Below, piece after piece: positions 1 to 9,738 of a stretch of DNA of 64,000 bases. Both the position numbers and the translations under genes were made by a program. Each line of letters starts with the position of its first letter. Within the stretch, counting starts at the first letter, position 1. The notes below the pieces were generated by a model, which saw only the letters and a list, made by a program, of their open reading frames with translations, had not been told where the DNA came from and did not search any database. This stretch comes from Gammaproteobacteria bacterium (GTDB taxonomy: Bacteria > Pseudomonadota > Gammaproteobacteria > JAGOUN01), in contig JBKAGM010000003.1 of assembly GCA_046290385.1 (NCBI GenBank), positions 12,394-76,393 of the forward strand. Reading direction: 5' to 3'.

Positions 1-10
1 AAATAAATGG

Positions 11-652
11 GTGTTTGGATCCTTAATCCTTTCTCTTGTTGCTTGTCTTTATCTTTTGTTGTTTCTCGCCGATTATGGCATATCGAAATACTATCGAAAT
101 GACTTTCAATCAAAACAAACCTCTTGGATCTCAGGAGAGAATGTTGTGTATGTATTTCCTGTTTTTAAACCATTCTTTGCCGATATGTATTGGTTGTCTG
201 CGATTCAAGATGCTTATCGTCGTCCTGTCTCAGACACATTGTTTAAAGTAATCGCCCTGGAACCTCATTATTTTCCTTACTATATATATGGTGCGTATAT
301 GCAGTTGCCGCTGAGTGAGAAAGCTCCCGGAAATCCACAGGCGGCCATTGATTTGTTAAGGCGAGGAGCAAAAGTATTCCCAAATGAAGCGTATTTGTAT
401 TATTTGCAAGGTTCAATTTATTTGTGGTTTTTAAAAGAACCCAATAAAGCACTAGCACTTTTTCGTCAAGCGGCATCGTTTGTGAATGCCCCCATTGTTT
501 ATCAACAACTAGAAGCTTATGCAGCCACGCGTTCAGGACAGTACCATATTGCGTATAAGCTTTGGGAGTCTGTTTATAAGAATGCTCGTACACCTGAAGA
601 AAAACAACATGCCAAAGAGCAGATGAAAAAGATTCTTAAGTTAAATCAATAA
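11..652 (+). CDS. Hypothetical helical-repeat (TPR-like) protein with hydrophobic N-terminus; the 5' end may lie upstream of the window
   Basis: The frame is open from the window edge (no in-frame stop before the GTG at 11). A hydrophobic N-terminal segment is followed by a helical-repeat-like region (AIDLLRRGAKVFPNEAYLYYLQGSIYLWFLKEPNKALALFRQA). No family recognised with certainty. Confidence 0.4.
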   Translation: MFGSLILSLVACLYLLLFLADYGISKYYRNDFQSKQTSWISGENVVYVFPVFKPFFADMYWLSAIQDAYRRPVSDTLFKVIALEPHYFPYYIYGAYMQLPLSEKAPGNPQAAIDLLRRGAKVFPNEAYLYYLQGSIYLWFLKEPNKALALFRQAASFVNAPIVYQQLEAYAATRSGQYHIAYKLWESVYKNARTPEEKQHAKEQMKKILKLNQ

Positions 653-717
653 GCTACAATTCTTATAAACTGTACTATACTTACGGAGAACAAATTAGGA
701 CTTGTAAGGAAACTGAT

Positions 718-1821
718 ATGAAGCGAATAGCCATTGTAGGCGCAGGGCGTATAGGCAGTATGGCGGCGTGTTTGCTAGCAAATGCGCATTATGCCGTTAT
801 GCTCGTCGATCATAAAAAGAATCCCACCGTTGATCAATTACTTAAGCATTTTTCTAATATCCAATTTCAACATGTTGATGTTGATGATCAGAAGAGTTTG
901 CTCCAAGCAATCAAGTCAAATGAAACAGAGTTAATCTTAGCTGCTGTCCCTTTTGATGTGGGTGTCAAAGTGGCAGAGTGCGCAAAAGAAATATCATCTC
1001 ATTATGTTGATTTTACGGAAGATGTATTCGCGACAGAAAGTGTTGCAAGTTTGGTTGAGAATACAAAATCAGCGTTTATGCCGCAGTGTGGTTTTGCGCC
1101 AGGATTAATTGATATATATGCACATGAATTGGCAGGTGAATTTGAAGATATAGAAAGCATTCGTATTCGTGCTGGTGCTTTGCCAGAACATGTGGATAAT
1201 CCACTGCACTATGCGATTACCTGGTCTATTGAAGGGTGTATCAATCAATATATTAACCCGTGTCCCGCAATTCTAAAAGGTGAAAAAAAGATGTTAAATG
1301 CGCTTAGCGATTTAGAATTAGTCACAATTGCAGGGAAAAAGTTTGAAGCCTTTAATACATCTGGTGGTATTGGTGGTTTGGTCAAGGAGATGATTGGGCG
1401 CGTCAACAATATTAACTATAAGACACTTCGGTATCCAGGGCATTGTGAAAAAATGCGTTTTTTGATTAAGGATTTGAAGTTGAATGAAGATCCTGAAACT
1501 TTAAAGAAAATTTTATTAAATGTTCTTCCGGAAACTCAACAAGATTTTGTCGTGATTTTTGTTGCAGCAACGGGGCGTAATGCAGGTCCTGAAAGCCCAT
1601 TGGAAGAAAAAACGATCGTGAGACATTTTAAACCTGAAGAAATTTCAGGCATGAATTGGAGCGCGATTCAAATAGTGACGGCAGCAGAAGCTTGTGCTGC
1701 AATCGAGTTGCTATTTAAAGGTAATTACCATGGTCTTATTCCAAATACACAGTTTACATTAGAAGAAATTATGAATACAGAGTTTGGGGTATATTTACGT
1801 GGTGAGGAAGGAGCAGCTTAA
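718..1821 (+). CDS. Saccharopine dehydrogenase-family NAD(P) oxidoreductase (candidate L-lysine 6-dehydrogenase or saccharopine dehydrogenase)
   Basis: N-terminal Rossmann motif [11 protein letters not shown]. The 367-aa length and layout are typical of the Sacchrp_dh family. Its stop overlaps the next start (TAATG at 1819-1823). Confidence 0.6.
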   Translation: MKRIAIVGAGRIGSMAACLLANAHYAVMLVDHKKNPTVDQLLKHFSNIQFQHVDVDDQKSLLQAIKSNETELILAAVPFDVGVKVAECAKEISSHYVDFTEDVFATESVASLVENTKSAFMPQCGFAPGLIDIYAHELAGEFEDIESIRIRAGALPEHVDNPLHYAITWSIEGCINQYINPCPAILKGEKKMLNALSDLELVTIAGKKFEAFNTSGGIGGLVKEMIGRVNNINYKTLRYPGHCEKMRFLIKDLKLNEDPETLKKILLNVLPETQQDFVVIFVAATGRNAGPESPLEEKTIVRHFKPEEISGMNWSAIQIVTAAEACAAIELLFKGNYHGLIPNTQFTLEEIMNTEFGVYLRGEEGAA

Positions 1822-3386
1822 TGGAAATCGTTGATAAACTATTGCATACTCATACAAGCCTGCTTAAGCGATTAGGGGTTTTGGAAAATAACTTTGGTGC
1901 GTCCACAGGACCAATGTGGTCTTCTGTTTCTAAAAAATCAGGAAAAATTATTTCGATTAATCCATCGACAGAAAAAAATATTGCAAATGTTTTTAACGCT
2001 TCAGATGATGATTATGAAAAAGTAATAGAAACGGCGCAGAAAGCTTTTTTAAAGTGGCGTATGATACCTGCGCCACAGAGAGGTGAAATAGTCAGAAAAA
2101 TTTCTGAAAAACTACGAGAGCACAAGTCTGATCTAGGAAGTTTGGTTTCGTTAGAAATGGGGAAAATCAAACAAGAAGGTGATGGCGAAGTGCAAGAAAT
2201 GATTGATATCGCTGATTTCGCTGTTGGGCAATCGCGTATGCTCTATGGGAAAACTATGCATTCTGAGCGACACATGCATCGTATGTATGAGCAATGGCAC
2301 CCTCTAGGTATTTGTGGGGTGATTACTGCGTTTAATTTCCCAGTAGCTGTGTGGGCTTGGAATGCATTTATTGCTGCGATTGCCGGGAATGTTGTTGTGT
2401 GGCGACCTTCACCAAAAACACCATTGTGTGCGATAGCCGTTCAAAAGATTTGTAATGAGGTGTTGTCAGAATTCAATTGTGAGGGTGTATTTTCTTTGCT
2501 AATCAGTGATGATTTGCGTTTTGCAAAGCGTTTTATTGATGATATAAGAATTCCGCTGATTTCTTTTACGGGTTCCTCAGACGTTGGCGCTCAAGTAGGT
2601 GAGCGTGTAGCAAAACGATTTGGCAAATCGATTTTAGAATGCAGTGGAAATAATGCTGTGATTATTGATCGTTCGGCAGATACGAAACTCGCTTTACCTT
2701 CTGTGGTGTTTGGTGCGGTAGGAACGGCAGGACAGCGTTGTACGAGTACACGCCGTGTCATTATTCATGAGGATATTTATGCGGATTTCGTTGAAGGGCT
2801 AAAAGACGCTTACTCAAGTATTAGAATTGGTGATCCATTAGATGAGAATACTTTGATGGGGCCATTAATTGATGAGTTAGCCGTAGCTCGCTATCAGGAG
2901 GCTATTAAGAAGCTGCAACAGGAAGGCGGTGAAATTATTTGTGAAGGTGGCATTTTAGATGGTCTGGGCTTTTTTGTTAAACCAGCAATAGCGCTAGTAG
3001 AAAATCATTGGAACATTGTTCAACAAGAAACTTTTGCGCCAATACTATATCTCATGAAATTTTCTGATTTAGATGAAGCCATTGCAATGAATAACAATGT
3101 TCCTCAAGGATTGTCTTCTGCAATGTTTACTCAAGATTTAAAGCATGCTGAATATTATTTATCGTGTTGTGGCAGTGATTGTGGAATTGCCAATATCAAT
3201 ATTGGCACCTCTGGTGCAGAAGTGGGTGGTGCTTTTGGTGGTGAGAAACACACTGGTGGCGGTAGAGAGGCTGGCTCAGATGCTTGGCAAGCCTATATGC
3301 GACGTCAAACTAACACGATTAATTGGAGTGATGATTTACCTTTAGCACAAGGTATTACTTTCAATATAAAAGGGGAAAAGTCATGA
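1821..3386 (+). CDS. ALDH7 (antiquitin)-type alpha-aminoadipic semialdehyde / piperideine-6-carboxylate dehydrogenase
   Basis: Near end-to-end resemblance to ALDH7A1 as I recall it: [34 protein letters not shown] (catalytic Cys), [28 protein letters not shown] and C-terminal DLPLAQGI. Confidence 0.88.
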   Translation: MEIVDKLLHTHTSLLKRLGVLENNFGASTGPMWSSVSKKSGKIISINPSTEKNIANVFNASDDDYEKVIETAQKAFLKWRMIPAPQRGEIVRKISEKLREHKSDLGSLVSLEMGKIKQEGDGEVQEMIDIADFAVGQSRMLYGKTMHSERHMHRMYEQWHPLGICGVITAFNFPVAVWAWNAFIAAIAGNVVVWRPSPKTPLCAIAVQKICNEVLSEFNCEGVFSLLISDDLRFAKRFIDDIRIPLISFTGSSDVGAQVGERVAKRFGKSILECSGNNAVIIDRSADTKLALPSVVFGAVGTAGQRCTSTRRVIIHEDIYADFVEGLKDAYSSIRIGDPLDENTLMGPLIDELAVARYQEAIKKLQQEGGEIICEGGILDGLGFFVKPAIALVENHWNIVQQETFAPILYLMKFSDLDEAIAMNNNVPQGLSSAMFTQDLKHAEYYLSCCGSDCGIANINIGTSGAEVGGAFGGEKHTGGGREAGSDAWQAYMRRQTNTINWSDDLPLAQGITFNIKGEKS

Positions 3387-4183
3387 GCACACTAGAAATA
3401 TTTAAACCTTTTTGGGCGCAATACACCACCCAAAACCCACATGCAAAAAAAATTCATGATTTATTTGTGGCAGAGGGTGAAGAGGTGATTAATGATCATA
3501 TTGCATTGCGAACCTACAATGATCCGCGAGTGAATATTGAAACCTTATCACAATATTTTTTAAAGCATGGATATATATCAAAAGGGGAGTATGATTTTCC
3601 GAATAAAAAACTTTTTGCACGACATTTTGAGCATCAAAATTTAGATATGCCCAAGGTGTTTATTAGTGAGCTAAAAACTGAGGACTTTTCGTTGGAGTTA
3701 CAAGAAATTGTAAAAAATTGCATCGATAAAATCCCTGAGTCGATATTAACTTCAGATGATTTAGCGCTTTCAGGTATTCATTGGGAGCCGCTTGACTACG
3801 ATGTGTATGAAGGATTGTTAAGTGAGTCAGAGTATGCAGCATGGATGTACGCATTTGGTTTTTGCGCGAACCATTTTACAGTCAATGTAAATCGCTTAAA
3901 GCATTTTAACGAAATTGCTGATGTGAACACGTTTTTGAAAAAACATGGCTTTCAACTCAATGCTTCAGGTGGAGAGGTTAAGGGTACGCCTGCAGATTTT
4001 TTGGAACAATCCAGTACGTTAGCAGAACGTGTGAAAGTTGAATTCAAACAAGGTATCAAGGAAATCCCATCTTGTTATTACGAGTTTGCAAAACGTTATG
4101 AAACTTCTGATGGAAAGCTTTATACCGGTTTTGTTGCAGCTTCTGCGGATAAAATATTTGAGAGTACGGATGTTAAGCGATAA
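3383..4183 (+). CDS. DUF1338 (HglS/YdcJ-like) metal-dependent VOC-fold protein, candidate 2-oxoadipate dioxygenase/decarboxylase
   Basis: Family-typical motifs [18 protein letters not shown] and [14 protein letters not shown] start/stop overlap with the upstream ALDH. It is the short (about 266 aa) form of the family. Confidence 0.6.
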   Translation: MSTLEIFKPFWAQYTTQNPHAKKIHDLFVAEGEEVINDHIALRTYNDPRVNIETLSQYFLKHGYISKGEYDFPNKKLFARHFEHQNLDMPKVFISELKTEDFSLELQEIVKNCIDKIPESILTSDDLALSGIHWEPLDYDVYEGLLSESEYAAWMYAFGFCANHFTVNVNRLKHFNEIADVNTFLKKHGFQLNASGGEVKGTPADFLEQSSTLAERVKVEFKQGIKEIPSCYYEFAKRYETSDGKLYTGFVAASADKIFESTDVKR

Positions 4184-4218
4184 AAAAAGTTGAGCCTCTG
4201 GTGTGCCTAGTGGGTATT

Positions 4219-4384
4219 GTCATCCTCCGCGAAGGCGGAGGGTCCAGCATTTTGATTTTTAGAGATCCCGCGGATAAACCGCGAGATGACAGTTGCAGAA
4301 TGCAAGAGCCCCATCAACGATTACCATCCTGCGCATAAAGCGTAGGATCATTTTTCAATATTGAGATTCCGCGGGGTGAAAGCT
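4219..4384. repeat. Cluster of four REP-like hairpin units in the 3' spacer between convergent genes
   Basis: The four units are GTCATCCTCCGCGAAGGCGGAGGGTCCAGC (4219-4248), GATCCCGCGGATAAACCGCGAGATGAC (4264-4290), CCATCCTGCGCATAAAGCGTAGGATCA (4324-4350) and the half unit GAGATTCCGCGGGG (4364-4377). Each full unit is a GC-rich stem around a 4-5 nt loop. Related copies recur elsewhere in the window. Confidence 0.75.
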
Positions 4385-4563
4385 TAGTCAGATTCCTCTT
4401 CTGCCATCAAGCGACGATTAATCTTATCTTTTTCTTTGTCGGACATTTGATTCCACTGAACGACTTCTAGGTAAGTGCGATGACAGCCCTTGCAAATATC
4501 ATCGCCAAAAGTCGTGCTGCAGATGCCTACGCAAGGTGATTCAGTTAATAATTGTTTAGACAT
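4384..4563 (-). CDS. DUF1289 family small Cys-rich (putative Fe-S) protein
   Basis: Motif CVGICSTTFGDDICKGCHRTYLEVVQWNQM. I chose the internal ATG at 4563 because AAGGAG lies just upstream. It overlaps the htrA stop by 8 nt. Confidence 0.7.
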   Translation of the reverse strand: MSKQLLTESPCVGICSTTFGDDICKGCHRTYLEVVQWNQMSDKEKDKINRRLMAEEESD

Positions 4564-5929
4564 TGGTAACTCCTTTCGGGATGGCGATGAAAATAGCGCC
4601 ATGACCACGAATGACATTAAGTAATAACGATTCAGAGTGATTGTTGTGTGCAATTTTTTCTAACGTATTCGTATCCTTTGTGGAGGATTGATTGGCAGAG
4701 ATAATCACATCACCAGGCCGTAAGCCTGCACTCCACGCATTAGAATCTGGTAGGACTCCAATAACGAGAACGCCGTTTACATTTCCTTGTGTTGCAGAGT
4801 ATTGATTGAAATTTTGTAATCCAACGCCAAAGAAGTATGGATTATCTTTTTGGCTTAAGGCAGTTAATGATTTAATGGTAATGATTTTAGGTTTGAATGT
4901 CATAGGCTTGCCATGTCGTAGTACTTGTAGTGACACTGTAGAACCTGTTCTCATGAAGCCAACAGAGTTGACCAGTTGTGCCGAAGTTGAAATTTCTGTG
5001 CCATTAACCGCGGTAATAATGTCGCCGGTTTGAATCCCGGCTTTTTTCGCTGGTGAGTTTGGGGCAAGTTGCGTGACAACTGCGCCTTTTTGTTTGGGCT
5101 GTTGTAATGCAGTTGCCAAGTCTGGAGTGAGTGTTTGTACCATTACGCCAACAACGCCGCGTTCAACTTTTCCATATTTTAATAACTGCTTGACGACGTT
5201 ATTTAGCATGTTAGCAGGAATCGAAAAACCAATCCCAATGTTACCACCTGTATCGCTAAGCATGGCTGTATTCATGCCGACGAGTTTGCCATTGTGGGTC
5301 ACGAGAGCGCCGCCTGAATTACCAAAATTAATGGGCGCATCTATTTGGATGAAGTTTTCGTACCCTTCGATGTTTAAGTTGGTGCGTTGCAAGGCGCTGA
5401 CGATTCCTGCGGTGACGCTTTGTCCTAGGCCAAAAGGGTTACCTATAGCAACGACTTGATCACCAACTTTTAATTGGTTGGAGTCAGAAAGTGATAAAGC
5501 GGTCAAGTGGGGACCTTGAATTTGCAATACGGCAATGTCTGATGGTGCATCGGCGCCAATGATTTTTGCTTTAAATTGTCGGCCATCAATAAGTTTTACC
5601 GTAATACGATCGGCATCTTTAACGACGTGAGCGTTAGTAATAATCGTGCCATGTGATGCGTTGATGATAACGCCTGAACCTAGTGAGACGAATGGTTTTG
5701 AAACAGGGCGCTGTTGTTGTAGTTGCATTTGGTTAGTAGGGTCATCGTCATCATGTTTTTTGAGATAAACGGTAGGGGGAAGTTTTCCTTCAGCTTGGAT
5801 ATTGACTACAGCAGGAATCACTTTTTCTAACATATTAGATAATGAGCCATTAGAGGGTTGGGTGGCAGCATGCATTGATGTGGAGAAACAAATTAACACA
5901 AGTGTCATAGTGGCTTTGATGAATTTCAT
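4556..5929 (-). CDS. htrA: Periplasmic serine endoprotease DegP/DegQ (HtrA family) with two PDZ domains
   Basis: Signal peptide, trypsin-like core with TNAHVV, DIAVLQ and the GNSGGALV catalytic-Ser motif, followed by two PDZ-like segments. Confidence 0.92.
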   Translation of the reverse strand: MKFIKATMTLVLICFSTSMHAATQPSNGSLSNMLEKVIPAVVNIQAEGKLPPTVYLKKHDDDDPTNQMQLQQQRPVSKPFVSLGSGVIINASHGTIITNAHVVKDADRITVKLIDGRQFKAKIIGADAPSDIAVLQIQGPHLTALSLSDSNQLKVGDQVVAIGNPFGLGQSVTAGIVSALQRTNLNIEGYENFIQIDAPINFGNSGGALVTHNGKLVGMNTAMLSDTGGNIGIGFSIPANMLNNVVKQLLKYGKVERGVVGVMVQTLTPDLATALQQPKQKGAVVTQLAPNSPAKKAGIQTGDIITAVNGTEISTSAQLVNSVGFMRTGSTVSLQVLRHGKPMTFKPKIITIKSLTALSQKDNPYFFGVGLQNFNQYSATQGNVNGVLVIGVLPDSNAWSAGLRPGDVIISANQSSTKDTNTLEKIAHNNHSESLLLNVIRGHGAIFIAIPKGVTNV

Positions 5930-6004
5930 AGTGTCGTTCTCTGTGTTGTTTTATTAATTGAATTTTATTCAAAGTGGTTTAGATAAGCAAACAGGAGTAG
6001 GTGT

Positions 6005-6673
6005 TCAGCTTAAAAATCTCGAGTGGCTCAACCAATATTGATCAGGATAGTAAGCAAAAATGAGTGTGCCATCTTTGATAACACTGATAATTTCATGAAC
6101 CTCTTGAGCAGCAACGGCAAAACATCCCCAGCTGCGTCCAAGACGGCCATATTTCGCCACATAATGGGCGTCGGCATATTGTGCCCCATGGACAACAATC
6201 GCGCGCCTCTCAGCGTTGTTATTAATGCCGGGTTCTAAGCCCGCCAAGCGCATAGCATAGCCAACATGGCCGTAATATGGGTTCTCTGTGAGAAACAAGC
6301 CTATACTGCTTTCTTCACTGCCTGGGCGATTGGAAAAGTGCCGAGCATAAAGTGATCCTGTGTATTTGCCGTGTGTCACATAGGTGCGAAAAAGTAGTTG
6401 ATCATTTTTGAGATCAAAAACCCACAGGCGTTCTTCTGAGGAGGGGTGTGTAAAGTCAACAACGGTTAAAATTTCTTTTCGATCTAAGCCATTAGCTCTA
6501 GCATGATAATAGGCAGTTAGTGCGAGCTTTAAAGCTTTTGGATTAATATTTGGAGCTAATGATCTGATTTTATTGTACTTTATATCTTGTGCTGAGTTTC
6601 TTGCTGAAGCGGGTGTAGTAACGATGGAAAGTGAGACTGTAATGAGAAGTATAAAGGCCAGTTTAAAACGCAC
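6005..6673 (-). CDS. L,D-transpeptidase-fold protein (YkuD_2 / EnhA-like), secreted
   Basis: Signal peptide. C-terminal catalytic-type motif VVHGAQYADAHYVAKYGRLGRSWGCFAV (His...Cys). Confidence 0.7.
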   Translation of the reverse strand: MRFKLAFILLITVSLSIVTTPASARNSAQDIKYNKIRSLAPNINPKALKLALTAYYHARANGLDRKEILTVVDFTHPSSEERLWVFDLKNDQLLFRTYVTHGKYTGSLYARHFSNRPGSEESSIGLFLTENPYYGHVGYAMRLAGLEPGINNNAERRAIVVHGAQYADAHYVAKYGRLGRSWGCFAVAAQEVHEIISVIKDGTLIFAYYPDQYWLSHSRFLS

Positions 6674-6907
6674 AAAATGCTCCTGATCATCCGTTTTAAA
6701 AGAGTTCCTAGATAAAGTGCTGTGTGTCCGTCATTATTGTTTGGCCACAACACGTAGCTTATTATTATTATTTGTTTTTATTATTCTTTTTACTTGCTCG
6801 GTGACTAATAACCGACAGCTAGCCGCTTTCATTTATTATTATTTTTTAAAAGCACTTTCATTGTATAATAATCCCTCATCGAAATGCAAGCTTTTTTGTT
6901 ATTTTTT

Positions 6908-7852
6908 TTACTGGCTCACCTTTTGTGGAACACCATACTGTTTTGTTGCTACATATTTAACGACTCTCCAGTTTAAGCTTCCATGGATCGGATTGGAGTA
7001 ATCGCGCATGATGGTGTTGAGCAAAGGCGTTAAAGAGCTGTAATAGACCCGTGAGTATGAGCTTAAGTTAGGATGTGCTTCAAGGTAAACTTGGTTTTGT
7101 AGCGTGCCAACTTTATAAGGGGCATAAATAACACGAACCGATGTGCCAACACTGGCATGCTGAAAGAGCTTTTTAATATCTTTGGGGTATAAACGAATAC
7201 ACCCAGAGCTCACTCGGCTGCCTACGCCAAGGGGAACATTGGTGCCGTGTATGAGTATCCCAGACTTAGAAGTATAGAGTGCATAGTTTCCCAAGGGATT
7301 GTGAGGCCCTGCTGGCATCACATCTGGCAATACGATTCCTCGAGAAAGGTTGTATTGCTTTACGGATTTAGGGACATTCCATTCAGGGTGTTCTTTCTTT
7401 TTAATGATTCGACCTGTAAACAAGGGAGTTTCCCAGCCAGATTTACCAATCCCAATAGGGAAGGTTAAAACTTTGTTGCTGCCTGGAATGTAGTAATACA
7501 AACGGTATTCTGCAAGATTGATGACAATGCCTTTTCTTGGGCCTGGAGGTAAGATAAATTGCGCAGGGATCAATATCTCGCTGCCCATTTTAAGATAAGC
7601 TTCAGGCGATACATGAGGATTTGCGCGATACATTTCACGATGTCCGACGTCATAACGATAACCGATGGTTCGCAAAGTATCACCTTGTTGTGAAGTCACC
7701 ATATATACACGGCCTACAACATCATCACCGTTGCTGGGAATCGTGAAGCTTAATGCATGTGCGCTAAAAGCAAAAAGCGTTAATCCAATAACTGTGATCG
7801 CTTTCGCAAAAAAGTGACGCAAGTGTGTACAGCTTTGTTGTCGTTTTATCAT
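6908..7852 (-). CDS. LysM-domain L,D-transpeptidase (ErfK/YbiS/YcfS/YnhG family)
   Basis: Signal peptide, LysM-like GDTLRTIGYRYDVGHREMYRANP, and the YkuD catalytic motif ILIHGTNVPLGVGSRVSSGCIRL. Confidence 0.82.
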   Translation of the reverse strand: MIKRQQSCTHLRHFFAKAITVIGLTLFAFSAHALSFTIPSNGDDVVGRVYMVTSQQGDTLRTIGYRYDVGHREMYRANPHVSPEAYLKMGSEILIPAQFILPPGPRKGIVINLAEYRLYYYIPGSNKVLTFPIGIGKSGWETPLFTGRIIKKKEHPEWNVPKSVKQYNLSRGIVLPDVMPAGPHNPLGNYALYTSKSGILIHGTNVPLGVGSRVSSGCIRLYPKDIKKLFQHASVGTSVRVIYAPYKVGTLQNQVYLEAHPNLSSYSRVYYSSLTPLLNTIMRDYSNPIHGSLNWRVVKYVATKQYGVPQKVSQ

Positions 7853-7927
7853 AGCTATATTCTCCTAAATCTATTTAACAGTATAGCGTGTATAGTAGAG
7901 GCGGGACAATAAAGAGGCTGCGTTTTT

Positions 7928-8872
7928 TTAGAACCGCTCTATTGATGTTATTAAATTACACATGTCTTTTGGTATATCGGCGTGTATCTCAATGCTTTCC
8001 TTAGTGATGGGGTGCGTGAACGAAAGGTTGGTGGCGTGCAATGCTTGTCTTGGAAAAGTACGTAATGTTTGTATTAAATTTTCAGACGCATGTTTAGGAA
8101 TTTTTAATCGCGTACCGTAGGTTTTATCTCCGACTATCGGATATCCTAGAAATGAAAGATGAACACGAATTTGATGTGTGCGGCCTGTTTCTAAAGTGAC
8201 CCGTAAATGTGTAAAGCCTGGAAATTTTTGAATGATGCGGTAGTGCGTTGTTGCGGGTTTGCCGTTATTGACGATTGCCATGTGAGTGCGCTTTGAAGGA
8301 TGACGGCCTATTGGTTTATCGATTCGTCCGCCGCTGATAAGTTCGCCGTAAACAATTGTTTGGTATTCGCGATTAATTTCACGCGCTTGCATCATTTTAA
8401 TCAGTGCGGTGTGAGCCTCTAGTGTTTTTGCGATGATAAGCAATCCTGACGTGTCTTTATCAAGGCGATGAATAATGCCAGCTCGTGGAACATGTTTTAG
8501 TGAGGGTGCATGATGCAATAAGGCGTTAAGTAGTGTTTGGTCTGCTTGTCCTGCCCCAGGGTGAACGACGAGTCCAGCGGGTTTATTTAGCACTAACAAA
8601 TGCTCATCTTCGAATAAAATATCCAAAGGAATATCCTGAGCTACCCATTCGCCTTGTGTGGGTAACCTCGCATCAATGAAAATCGTTTGTCCAGCGTTCA
8701 CTTTATCTTTAGGTTTAGCAGGCTTATTATCGAGAGTAATTTCGTTTTCCAGGATCCATGCCTTGTGCTGATTTCGCGAATATTCTGGAAATAGCTTAGC
8801 TAAAGCTTGGTCTAAGCGGTGCTGGTGTAGTGATTCTGGGATAACCACTTGTTTTTTAATTTTATCTGTCAT
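7928..8872 (-). CDS. rluD: 23S rRNA pseudouridine synthase D
   Basis: N-terminal S4-like RLDQALAKLFPEYSR, catalytic HRLDKDTSGLLIIAK and GRTHQIRVH. It is divergent from bamD, as in E. coli. Confidence 0.92.
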   Translation of the reverse strand: MTDKIKKQVVIPESLHQHRLDQALAKLFPEYSRNQHKAWILENEITLDNKPAKPKDKVNAGQTIFIDARLPTQGEWVAQDIPLDILFEDEHLLVLNKPAGLVVHPGAGQADQTLLNALLHHAPSLKHVPRAGIIHRLDKDTSGLLIIAKTLEAHTALIKMMQAREINREYQTIVYGELISGGRIDKPIGRHPSKRTHMAIVNNGKPATTHYRIIQKFPGFTHLRVTLETGRTHQIRVHLSFLGYPIVGDKTYGTRLKIPKHASENLIQTLRTFPRQALHATNLSFTHPITKESIEIHADIPKDMCNLITSIERF

Positions 8873-8900
8873 AGTCTATGGCAAAAGGATAGGGGTTGTT

Positions 8901-9656
8901 ATGCAATTAATCAAGCAGTTTTTTATTTTATCATTGATTGTCCTGTTAGGTGCATGTTCTTCTGCAGCTGTGAAAAACCCTGCCGATCAATTTCCTAAAG
9001 AAAATGATTCGGAATTATATTGGGGCGCTATCCACGATATCCGTACCCGCCATTATCAAGATGCTATTTCACGTTTTGAAACATTGGATGCGCGTTACCC
9101 CTTTGGTAAGTATTCTGAAAAAGGCCATTTATATATTATTTATGCCTACTATATGGCGGGTCAGTACGCTTTGGGTGTGACGGCAACAGATCGTTATATC
9201 CACTTGCATCCAGCTTCACAAGGAACAGGGTACGCTTATTTCATGAAAGGTGTCATGAATTATCAACAATACCTCAGCGTGATGGAGCGTTACTTCCCAG
9301 CACAAATGGCGGATAGAGATTTAAAGCCTGCGCGCGAATCTTTCGTATATTTCTCAAATTTATCGACTAACTACCCGCATGATATATATACACCTAGTGC
9401 GGTTCAGTACATGATATATCTACGTAATCTTATGGCTGCACAAACGCTTGATATCGCACAATACTACCTAAAGCGTAAAGCTTATGTGGCGGCAGCTGAT
9501 CGAGCCAATGAAGTCATTTTGCATTACCAAGGCACGCCATCTGTTCCTGAGGCGCTGTTGGTAGCTTCTAAAGCTTATAAGGCATTGGATTTACCAGGTA
9601 TTTCTCTAGAATATCAAAATGTCTATGATTACAATCAGATAGCCCATAATTCTTAA
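8901..9656 (+). CDS. bamD: Outer membrane protein assembly factor BamD (lipoprotein)
   Basis: Lipobox LLGAC, TPR-like repeats, and the conserved rluD-bamD divergent pairing. Confidence 0.85.
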   Translation: MQLIKQFFILSLIVLLGACSSAAVKNPADQFPKENDSELYWGAIHDIRTRHYQDAISRFETLDARYPFGKYSEKGHLYIIYAYYMAGQYALGVTATDRYIHLHPASQGTGYAYFMKGVMNYQQYLSVMERYFPAQMADRDLKPARESFVYFSNLSTNYPHDIYTPSAVQYMIYLRNLMAAQTLDIAQYYLKRKAYVAAADRANEVILHYQGTPSVPEALLVASKAYKALDLPGISLEYQNVYDYNQIAHNS

Positions 9657-9738
9657 AGTAAAAGATTAAGTATTTTTTCTACTAATCCTCAGGATGTTTC
9701 AAGCATATACTCTATAATTAGCTTATAGGAGGCTATTT

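Noticed and set aside
6717-7001. 94-aa ORF in the spacer between the two L,D-transpeptidase genes
   Set aside because: It is low-complexity A+T-rich sequence (runs of TTATT). It overlaps the 3' end of the minus-strand transpeptidase gene and has no recognisable features.
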